Assembly (NCBI GenBank): GCA_013166775.1
Contig: JABLTJ010000011.1
Location: 31,096 to 95,095, forward strand
Direction of reading: 5' to 3'
Source: Promethearchaeati archaeon
Lineage (GTDB): Archaea > Asgardarchaeota > Heimdallarchaeia > Heimdallarchaeales > Heimdallarchaeaceae
DNA: 64,000 nucleotides
Below, piece by piece: positions 21,229 through 29,584 of the stretch. The position numbers were made by a program, and so were the translations under genes. Every line of letters begins with the position of its first letter. Positions within the stretch are counted from its first letter, which is position 1. The notes below the pieces were generated by a model that saw only the letters and a list, made by a program, of their open reading frames with translations, was not told the origin of the DNA and did no database searches.

Positions 21229-21451
21229 GATTATTCACCAATATAATACTAGATTTTATTATATACTTTTCTAATGAAATTTAAATATATAAATACAAAG
21301 AACAATCATTTCTTGTAATTGAAAACTTGAGATATTTTTCAAAATGCTGTAAAGACCACTTTCTTCCAAGAAAGACGTTCATATAAAAAGACACCTTATT
21401 GAAAGATATCATCACAGAGATGTTTTTCTTCCTGCTTCAGTAATTACGAGC

Positions 21452-22492
21452 TCATAATTTTGTTAGAAGACCATCTGGTTCTTTACGATGGATAATGAGT
21501 TCACTATAATGCTCAGAAGGAATATTGATCAATGTTTCTTCAATTAAAAAATCAATTGCCCAAGGATAAGCTAAGTGAGTATACCAACAAATAAATTCTC
21601 CAAAACTATTATTTGTATATCTACTTGATTCTAAGTTCTGAAAAAGTAGTTTCAAACTTTCTTCTTTTCCTTTCATTACCTCTAATAGGCTCTTTGATAT
21701 TTTTTCTGTAATTTTCAACCAGTTCTTTGACTCCTCTTCATTTAGAAGAGGTATCTCTAAGAGTTCTGCCAATTCCAAAGAGTCTCTTGCCCTATCTAAT
21801 TTAACCAAATCTTTACACTTCTTTTCTGTTTTATCTCTAGCTTCATTTCTTTGCCCATTTAACCAACTTTGCCCGAAATTTAGATAGTACCAGTTAGACC
21901 AAGGTAAATCTATTTCTTCTTGCCCATATTTTCCAAGATGTTTCAATTCCCCTTCAATCATCCAAAAATAATATTGAGCATCAGGTCTAGTTAAGCTAGA
22001 ACGTAATGGAGCTACTTTCAGTAAATTCCCATCTTTTACTAACTCACCTAACAGACCAATATCTAGAATTCTTGAACCTACAAGCATGAATGCCTGATCT
22101 TTCAGAGAAGAATTTTCACTTATTGATAATTTCTCAAAAACAGCATCAATCTCGGACCACTTTGAGATTGTGTGATCTGCTAGCACCTTTCCCATTTCTT
22201 TTGAATGTTCATATACTAGTTTGGTTTCATCTAGATTTACAATCAGAAACGTCGGAAGATATTCGTTTCCCTCTTTTTTCACAAGACTTGAATCTGATAA
22301 TGGTTTGATTTCTGTTAGTAAATCATCTAAAGACATGTTAAAGATATTAGCTACTTCATCAAGTGGGATTCGATCATGGAGAGAATTGATAATATCTTTT
22401 CTGGTTTTAGTTAGATAACTCCAAGGATCTCCACTTCCTGCCAACGACAAGTATGTTTTTTTATTTTCATAAATATTTGAAGTAGTATTCAT
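21452..22492 (-). CDS. Hypothetical protein with N-terminal HTH-like region (cassette copy 1)
   Basis: 346-aa ORF; full-length paralogue at 25074-26126. Confidence 0.85.
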   Translation of the reverse strand: MNTTSNIYENKKTYLSLAGSGDPWSYLTKTRKDIINSLHDRIPLDEVANIFNMSLDDLLTEIKPLSDSSLVKKEGNEYLPTFLIVNLDETKLVYEHSKEMGKVLADHTISKWSEIDAVFEKLSISENSSLKDQAFMLVGSRILDIGLLGELVKDGNLLKVAPLRSSLTRPDAQYYFWMIEGELKHLGKYGQEEIDLPWSNWYYLNFGQSWLNGQRNEARDKTEKKCKDLVKLDRARDSLELAELLEIPLLNEEESKNWLKITEKISKSLLEVMKGKEESLKLLFQNLESSRYTNNSFGEFICWYTHLAYPWAIDFLIEETLINIPSEHYSELIIHRKEPDGLLTKL

Positions 22493-22686
22493 AAGATATA
22501 CTTGTTAGTTTTGAGATAATTATAAGCTTTAGGAAGAATGAAAGATAAAATCAGAGATAAATAGTTTACCTAATCTTTAGTTGTAATTTAATCAAGAGAT
22601 GAAGAAGAACTGATTAGTAAAATACTAAACACTAAATAAGTATACTAAAACTATTAGAAATTTATGTGAATATTGATTGTATTATG

Positions 22687-22950
22687 TTAATTTGATTTTG
22701 TTATTTTTAGTAAATTAGATTTGATATCTTTCATTTGATTATTAATAGAGATTAAGGAAGAACGCATATCTTCAAAATTTGGATGACTGATCAAAATTCC
22801 CTTTTCTAATAATGTTCTTATTGTATATCGTATTGCACGTGGATTTTCTTCACTAATGGTAGATATTAGCTCTCTTTGAGTGAGTGCTCCTTCATTTTCC
22901 AAAGTTTTAATAACATTTTGAGAACCTTTGGGCAATCGATTTTTCGACAT
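22687..22950 (-). CDS. Small MarR-like winged-helix regulator (copy 1)
   Basis: GALTQREL..PRAIRYTIRTLLEKGIL..PNFEDMR. Confidence 0.85.
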   Translation of the reverse strand: MSKNRLPKGSQNVIKTLENEGALTQRELISTISEENPRAIRYTIRTLLEKGILISHPNFEDMRSSLISINNQMKDIKSNLLKITKSN

Positions 22951-23187
22951 AGCATCAATCTCGCTTCTTCAAAATTAGCTATGTGAGTAGAAATCACAAA
23001 TAGTCTAATTATTAAACATTCTTTTTAACATATTTAAATCTTCATTAAAATGTTCAATGTTTATATGTAATTTTAGTAAAGACCTGTTCTTACTAGCACA
23101 ACTAATCTGCTTTAAAGAAAACATATTATACGAAAAAATTATTTTTTATTCTTACTTTCTCTTTCCATTTAGCAGATTAAAGATATT

Positions 23188-23505
23188 CTAATCAAATTCA
23201 ATTCTTTCAAGTTTAAAGATTACTGGTCTCAATCCATCTGGACAAACACCAAAAGATATACCTTCACCGATGGTTTCAGGATATCCTCCACCCCAAGTAA
23301 GGAGATGAACATTCTTGAAAATACTGTTCCATGCATGTGGACAAAATCCTTCTGGTTTGTTTCCTGTTCCATCTGAAATAAATTCACTTCCTTCCTTAAG
23401 CGCACAATTTTTTACCTTATTCCCAGACACAAGAGTGTAATCATGTCCGAAGATATCTTTTGGTAAGAATTGTTTAACCACCGTAATTTTTACCTTGTTT
23501 CGCAT
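23188..23505 (-). CDS. TIGR04076-like Cys-containing protein B (copy 1)
   Basis: KVKITVVK..C..KPEGFCPHAW..CPDGLRPVIFKLERI; ATG after GGTGA. Confidence 0.85.
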   Translation of the reverse strand: MRNKVKITVVKQFLPKDIFGHDYTLVSGNKVKNCALKEGSEFISDGTGNKPEGFCPHAWNSIFKNVHLLTWGGGYPETIGEGISFGVCPDGLRPVIFKLERIEFD

Positions 23506-23514
23506 TCTTATCAC

Positions 23515-23823
23515 CTATTCACTTATTCTCTCTAATTTAAAACAAACTGGTCTTGCTCCATCTGTGCAGCTACTATAGATAATTCCAGGAGGAGACCAAA
23601 AAACATCTTCACCTGAATCCAAAATTTCAATATCCTTCAATACAGTTTTCCAACCCCATCCACAGAATTTTTCAGGCTTCTCTAAATCCTCTACTATGAA
23701 TTCTTCTCCCTCTTCAAAAACATAACATGTTGGAACAATATCTCCTCTAGGATAAGTTATATCATGACCAAAGACTTCCTTTGGATTAAATTTCCTTATC
23801 ACCGTTACTTTTACTTTTGTCAT
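23515..23823 (-). CDS. TIGR04076-like Cys-containing protein A (copy 1)
   Basis: KVKVTV..C..KPEKFCGWGW..CTDGARPVCFKLERI. Confidence 0.85.
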   Translation of the reverse strand: MTKVKVTVIRKFNPKEVFGHDITYPRGDIVPTCYVFEEGEEFIVEDLEKPEKFCGWGWKTVLKDIEILDSGEDVFWSPPGIIYSSCTDGARPVCFKLERISE

Positions 23824-23874
23824 TTAGCATCCCTTTCTTTCAAGAATTAGCAAATCCATAGATTTACATAATAC

Positions 23875-23900
23875 ACCAAGAAGCACTTATAAGAATTATC
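23875..23900 (-). promoter_or_regulatory. Conserved promoter block upstream of the TIGR04076 pair (copy 1)
   Basis: 26-bp accaagaagcacttataagaattatc identical at 27513-27538; contains TATA-like cttataag. Confidence 0.65.
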
Positions 23901-23919
23901 AAGTCAATCATAAAAAAAT

Positions 23920-24417
23920 TCAATTTTCTTTCGCTAACGCTTCATTAATTGATTGACCAAATTTGAATGCTTGTTTAAGTTTTGGTCTGAAGAATCCTTT
24001 AAATCTAGCTTGGGCGATAATAATTGCTCCTGCCTCTTTTACTGTCTTTTCCATCAGTTCAAGTGTTTTTTTTCCAGTGATACTACAAGTAGTAAATATA
24101 GCAACCTTTTGTTCTTTGATATCAACTCTCTTTACAATTTCATAAAACGCACTTGGAGGATAGTCTCCATAAGTAGGCATACCAAAAATAATCAAATCAT
24201 AATCCTGTTTTATCTTATCTAATTCACTTAATTCTTGCTCTATTGTAGAGAAATCACCTTTAGTATGTTGATTTTGTATACTTACCTTCATTCCAAAAGT
24301 ACCTGTCAAGATAAATGGGAAGTAATCTACATCATAATTTGTCATAGCACTACCTATAACAGCAGAGGTTTTTTTGGACCTTCCTAAAGAAGTGAAATAG
24401 ATAATCAAAGCTTTCAT
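23920..24417 (-). CDS. Flavodoxin-like protein (copy 1)
   Basis: KALIIYFTSLGRSKK, YDLIIFGMPTY, KVAIFTTC. Confidence 0.85.
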   Translation of the reverse strand: MKALIIYFTSLGRSKKTSAVIGSAMTNYDVDYFPFILTGTFGMKVSIQNQHTKGDFSTIEQELSELDKIKQDYDLIIFGMPTYGDYPPSAFYEIVKRVDIKEQKVAIFTTCSITGKKTLELMEKTVKEAGAIIIAQARFKGFFRPKLKQAFKFGQSINEALAKEN

Positions 24418-24656
24418 TAAGTCTAAATCCCAGCAAATAAGATAAAAACTTTTGCTAATTCAAATTGTGTTCAGGTTTTCTAGCACATATTCAAGAACTG
24501 AATCTTTGTCATCATTAGCTATGTAATTAAGATTTAAATCAAGTTGATAAAGTATAAGCAAAATTTCCGCTTCTTTTGTTTGTTAATGTTTCAAGCGCTT
24601 AAACACTAAAAGAGAATTTTTGGTATAAAACCATCTTTAAGAAGCTCTTTGATGAA

Positions 24657-24962
24657 TTGTCTGTCATGTTATACAAACTATACAAAGCGAAAAATAAAAC
24701 TACAGAAGAGATTTACGACTATAGCTTTGAAGGCTTTAGTAGTATCTACAAGAAGTATGACGTACAGGTTCTTGGGGGTGGAACAAACGTTGATGACACA
24801 TCAGAGATGTACTTAATGGTTGTTTACAAAGATAAAAAACACTATGAAGAGACAGTCAAAAAACTTCAAGCTGATCCAACATACATTGAACTCTCCAAAA
24901 AACTTCAAGAACAACGAGAAAGTATTGAAGTCATTACTCTTGAAAGTTCTTACGAATATTAA
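24657..24962 (+). CDS. NIPSNAP-like dimeric alpha/beta-barrel protein
   Basis: Size and pattern (IYKKYDVQVLG..EMYLMVVYKD..LQADP). Confidence 0.65.
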   Translation: MSVMLYKLYKAKNKTTEEIYDYSFEGFSSIYKKYDVQVLGGGTNVDDTSEMYLMVVYKDKKHYEETVKKLQADPTYIELSKKLQEQRESIEVITLESSYEY

Positions 24963-25073
24963 CAGAACTAATTTTCTGTTGAAATCTAATATCAAAATGA
25001 GAAATTCATTTTCTCTTTTTTTATTTCTAATTATATTTAACGCAAGACAGAACTCTAATCAATTTCAATTATC

Positions 25074-26126
25074 TCATTTGTTTTTATTTGCTTTAGATAA
25101 AAAACCATCTGGTTCTTTACGCTGTATGATTAGTTCGCTATAATATTCTGGTGGAATCTTGATCAATTTTTCTTCAACTAACAAATCTATTGCCCAAACA
25201 TATGCTAAGTGTACATACCAACAAATGAATTCTCCTAAACTATTATGTGTATATTTACTCGAACCTAGTGATTGATAGAAAGATACTAAATCTTCTTCAC
25301 TTTCTTTATATTTCTTCAATAATATATTTGAAAATTTGTCAGCTGTTTCTCCCCAAATCTGTGAATCTTTCTCATTTAGATAAGGTACTTCAAGAAGTTT
25401 TGCAAGCATTCCTGGGTTTTTAGCTTTGTTTGATTCTATTATTTCCTTACATTTTTCTTCGCGGGAATCTCGTTTTTCGTTTCTCTTATTATTTATCCAG
25501 CTTTGACCAAAGTTTAAGAGATACCAATCTGACCAAGGTAATTTAATTTCTTCTTGCCCATATTTACCCAAATGTACTAGTTCGCCTTCAATCATCCAAA
25601 AGTAATACTTGGCATCAGGCCTATTTGGACTTGGACGCAGTGGAGCAGAATCCAATAAACTCCCATCCTTTACTAAAGCACCTAAGAGTCCAATATCTAA
25701 AATTCTTGACCCTATTAACATAAAAGCTTGTTCTTTAAGTGATGAATCTTGACTTATTTCTAATTTTTTATAACTTGCTTCAATTTCTTTCCATTTTGAA
25801 ATCAGGGATTCTGCTAGAATTTCTCCTATTTTTCTAGAATGTTCATAAATAATTTGTGTTTCTTCTAAGTTAGCTATAAAAAATTGGGGAATATAGAAGT
25901 TATTTTCTCTTTTTACTAGACTAGCTTCTTCCAGTGGTTGGATTTCATCTAGTAATTCCTTTTTGGATAATCCAAAGATACTTTCAAGTTCTTCAACATT
26001 ATGTTTTTCATGTAGAGCTAGAAGTATATTCTTTCTTGTAATTGTTAAATGACTCCAAGGATCACCCCTACCTGCCATCGAGAAGTGAATTTTTTTCTTT
26101 TCGTAGATGTTTGGAACAGAATTCAT
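25074..26126 (-). CDS. Hypothetical protein (cassette copy 2)
   Basis: Shares GDPWS.LT, GSRILDIGLLG, YYFWMIEGEL.HLGKYGQEEI, GEFICWY.HLAY with copy 1. Confidence 0.85.
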   Translation of the reverse strand: MNSVPNIYEKKKIHFSMAGRGDPWSHLTITRKNILLALHEKHNVEELESIFGLSKKELLDEIQPLEEASLVKRENNFYIPQFFIANLEETQIIYEHSRKIGEILAESLISKWKEIEASYKKLEISQDSSLKEQAFMLIGSRILDIGLLGALVKDGSLLDSAPLRPSPNRPDAKYYFWMIEGELVHLGKYGQEEIKLPWSDWYLLNFGQSWINNKRNEKRDSREEKCKEIIESNKAKNPGMLAKLLEVPYLNEKDSQIWGETADKFSNILLKKYKESEEDLVSFYQSLGSSKYTHNSLGEFICWYVHLAYVWAIDLLVEEKLIKIPPEYYSELIIQRKEPDGFLSKANKNK

Positions 26127-26315
26127 ATAACCAACATATAAAAACTTGAGACAATTATAAGTATTATGAGTAAATCAAAATTAAATCATAGATAGCCTTT
26201 GCATGTAATTGTTTTCATTTTACTTAATAATTAAAGAAATACCGCTAATAAAATACTAAATAAAGCTACTAAACACTGTTATAAATTCAGTTTAATATTA
26301 GCATATCATCTGGAA

Positions 26316-26576
26316 TTAATTTTTCTTACTTCTAGTATCTTTAATCTGTAGTCCTTCATTTCTTTTATTAATATGTATTAATGAAGAACGCATATCATCA
26401 AAATTAGGATGACGAATCAAAAAATCTTTTTCTAATAGGGTTTTAACTGTATATCTTATTGCGCGAGGATTTTTTTCTTTTATAACAGATATTAGCTCTA
26501 TCTGAGTAAGTGCTCCTTTTTCTTCCAAAGCTCTAATAATATCATCAGAACCTTTGGGTAATTGATTTTTCTTCAT
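26316..26576 (-). CDS. Small MarR-like winged-helix regulator (copy 2)
   Basis: Paralogue of 22687-22950. Confidence 0.85.
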   Translation of the reverse strand: MKKNQLPKGSDDIIRALEEKGALTQIELISVIKEKNPRAIRYTVKTLLEKDFLIRHPNFDDMRSSLIHINKRNEGLQIKDTRSKKN

Positions 26577-26825
26577 AATATCAATCTCAAGTCTTTAAAG
26601 TTAGCTACATGAATAGAGTATACCAAGAGTCTAATTATATAATATAGTCTTTAATCTATTTAAATCTTTTTTTTGAAAGATCTAATGCTAGTTTTTATTT
26701 CAGTAAAGATTTGTTCATTTTGATACTAACATTTTTTTGTAAAAAAGACATTCTAAACGAGAAAATTATGTTTATTTTTCTCCTCTGTAATTGTTTTTCT
26801 TTTCACTTAACAGACTAAGGATATT

Positions 26826-27143
26826 CTAATCAGTTTCAATTTTTTCTAATTTGAAAATTACTGGTCTCAATCCATCTGAACATACACCAAAAGATATCCC
26901 CTCACCGATAGTTTAAGGATATCCTCCACCCCAAGTTAGTAGATGAACATTCTTGAAAATACTGTTCCATGCATGAGGACAAAATCCTTCTGGTTTGTTT
27001 CCTGTCCCATCAGAAATAAATTCACTTCCTTCTTTAAGAGCACAATTCTTTACAGTGTTCCCAGACACAAGCCTGTAATCATGTCCGAAGATATCTTTTG
27101 GTAAGAACTGTTTGACTACTGTTATCTTTACTTTATTTCTCAT
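26826..27143 (-). pseudogene. TIGR04076-like protein B (copy 2) with premature stop
   Basis: TAA at 26913-26915 where copy 1 has GAA; frame continues TIGEGISFGVCSDGLRPVIFKLEKIETD to TAG at 26826. Confidence 0.9.
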
Positions 27144-27152
27144 TCTTATCAC

Positions 27153-27461
27153 CTATTCACTTATTCTCTCTAATTTAAAACAAACTGGTCTAGCTCCGTC
27201 TGTGCAACTGCTATAGATAATCCCGGGAGGAGTCCATGTAACATCTTCACCGGAATCTAAAATTTCAATGTCCTTCAGAATGCTTTTCCATCCCCATCCA
27301 CAGAATTTCTCTGGTTTCTCTAAATTCTCTACTATGAATTCTTCCCCTTCTTCAAAAACATAACAAGTTGGCACAATCTCTCCCCTAGGATAGGTTATTT
27401 CATGACCAAAAACATCTTTTGGATTGAATTTCTTAATTACTGTTACTTTTATCTGTGTCAT
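27153..27461 (-). CDS. TIGR04076-like protein A (copy 2)
   Basis: Near-identical to 23515-23823; ATG at 27461 after GGAG. Confidence 0.88.
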   Translation of the reverse strand: MTQIKVTVIKKFNPKDVFGHEITYPRGEIVPTCYVFEEGEEFIVENLEKPEKFCGWGWKSILKDIEILDSGEDVTWTPPGIIYSSCTDGARPVCFKLERISE

Positions 27462-27512
27462 TTTGAAACTCCTTTTTTCTAGAATAATCAGACCTTTAGA
27501 TTTACGAAATAG

Positions 27513-27538
27513 ACCAAGAAGCACTTATAAGAATTATC
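27513..27538 (-). promoter_or_regulatory. Conserved promoter block (copy 2)
   Basis: Identical to 23875-23900. Confidence 0.65.
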
Positions 27539-27548
27539 TAGATAATTA

Positions 27549-28160
27549 TCAGTATTCACCAATTTTCGATGTAACAAGCTCTGCTAGTTCAGTAATTGGT
27601 TTTAATCCATCAACAATCAAATCTGCATCTTCTCGAATTCTTTCTTCTATAATTTTCAAAGCTGAATGGAACCAGTCAAGATACCGTTGAGTATAGAATT
27701 TCAGGAGATTAACAAGTTCCTCTGGATTCTGCAATTTTTGCATGTTGTTAAGTTCTCTATTGTAAGTCCTAGCCAAAGAAATTTCATGAGGAAGATCTAT
27801 AAATATCAAATAATCGACTAATGTCTTCATTTCATTTCGTGTTCTTCCTGTTGGATCTTCTACAAAAATATATCTTGCTGGATTTATTTTCTCTTTTGTA
27901 ATAGGATGTAAAATTTGCTTGCCATCTTTCAAAGAACGTAAATCTTCAATGAATTGTTCTGTTTTCCATCTATTAGTATCACAACCATCTTTTACCCATT
28001 TCTTCGGATCTTCAAATTCAAGTTTTACAAGATGATCATAATCGTCCCATAACATCGAAACTGAATCTTGAAGGGATTTTGCTACATCCTTTATTAAAGA
28101 TGTTTTTCCAGCACTCACAATACCACAAATTCCTATAACTAAACTACTTGAGCTTGCCAT
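27549..28160 (-). CDS. P-loop nucleoside/nucleotide kinase, uridine-kinase-like
   Basis: VIGICGIVSAGKTS, WDDY, IFVE, DYLIFID, ADLIVDG. Confidence 0.75.
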   Translation of the reverse strand: MASSSSLVIGICGIVSAGKTSLIKDVAKSLQDSVSMLWDDYDHLVKLEFEDPKKWVKDGCDTNRWKTEQFIEDLRSLKDGKQILHPITKEKINPARYIFVEDPTGRTRNEMKTLVDYLIFIDLPHEISLARTYNRELNNMQKLQNPEELVNLLKFYTQRYLDWFHSALKIIEERIREDADLIVDGLKPITELAELVTSKIGEY

Positions 28161-28257
28161 AAATGTCTAATTTTATTAATTTTAGCCATTTAAAAGAATA
28201 ATTGTTTCTTATCTGGAGAATTTTATTTTTCTCTAAAAAAATCTGATTAATATTAAT

Positions 28258-28918
28258 TTAGGTGTTCTCTAACACTATTTCACATTTAATCCCTCGCATT
28301 TCATCAATCAAATTGTGAGAAAGAAATAATATATGTATTTCTGTCCGCTCTAATTTCTCTCTCAATATTTTGGTATACAATCCTTCACCTTCTTTCAATA
28401 AATTTTCATAGATAAAATTGTTGAATTTAATCCGATCAATTTCTTTGGGATTTATATCTGCCAATGAATCAAATTTACTCAAATCCAAAGTTTTTGCAAC
28501 ACCACATGTTGGAGAACCATCAATTCCTATCATTCCAACAACTTCATAATCATTCTTTATATAATCGTTAACTAGTTTTACGTATCTCATTGCTATCCGT
28601 TTGTATATTATCTTAGTTCTCCACATGAAAATTGGGTACACCAGTTTTCTTATTCGAAATAACATAGAACCATTAATTCCAACACTCTTCCACAAATGAG
28701 GTTTTAGAACCCCCCCAAGCAAAAATTTCTGGACAGTCCATCTGGATAATTCCTATTCCTTTGCTTTGTAATAAATCAACTATTTCATCTATAGATCCTT
28801 CTCTGAATGCACCACCCATATATCTTGAATTTTCGTTCAAAATGCAATGTGATAAAAGAATGATTTTCTTACTTCTTTCATCATGAAGTCTATTCTGGAA
28901 ATATTTTAGATTTTTCAT
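28258..28918 (-). pseudogene. DUF523/TudS-related (CD3072-like) Fe-S desulfidase, frameshifted in a G7 tract
   Basis: HCILNEN and QMDCPE in 28673-28918; GIDGSPTCGV in 28258-28722; frames switch at the C7 run 28710-28716. Confidence 0.8.
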
Positions 28919-28980
28919 TACTTGTTCTTGGAGCGTGGATTAATAAAATTTAAGCTTACATTATAATTGAAATGAATTTT

Positions 28981-29367
28981 TTAGTTGGGATTAGTTAACG
29001 CATTGTTAACTGATTGACTAAACTTGAAAACTTGTTTAAGTTTTGGTTTGAAGAATCCTTTGAATCGAGCTAGATCGACAATAATTGCCCCCGCTTCTTC
29101 TACTGTCTTCTTCATAAGCTCTAGAGATGCAATTCCAGTAATACTACAAGTATTAAAAATAACTATTTTTTTCCCTTTAATATCCATTCTTTTTACAATT
29201 TCATTAAAAGCGCTTGGAGGTCTATCTCAGTAGGTTGGTACACCAAAAATCAAATCATAACTCAAATCTGTTTCTTCAAGCTTTCGAAGCTCTTTTTCAA
29301 TTGTAGAAAAATCACCCTTATCATGCTGGACTTGTATGCTTACTTTCACTCCAAAACGTCCTGTCAT
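28981..29367 (-). pseudogene. Flavodoxin (copy 2): 5'-truncated, internal TGA
   Basis: MTGRFGVKVSIQ..GVPTY*DRPPSAF..FKGFFKPKLKQ matches 23920-24417; TGA at 29227-29229 where copy 1 has Gly. Confidence 0.88.
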
Positions 29368-29584
29368 TTGCATAAAACTACCCCATAAAGAAAGCTCCTC
29401 CTGCAAGAATGAATGCTAAAAAAATTCCTATAATTGCTGTTTCTTTTACCATTTTATTCACTTCATTTAGTTAATTAATAATTTTACTAACATTGATGTG
29501 CAGTGTATTTGAATTATCTAAGATACGGTTTGATTTAAGTAAAATTGATAAAGAAGGTGATATTTATGTTGTAAAGGTACAGTC

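Noticed and set aside
29227-29229. In-frame TGA as selenocysteine
   Set aside because: Paralogue has Gly, not Cys, at this position; the gene is also 5'-truncated
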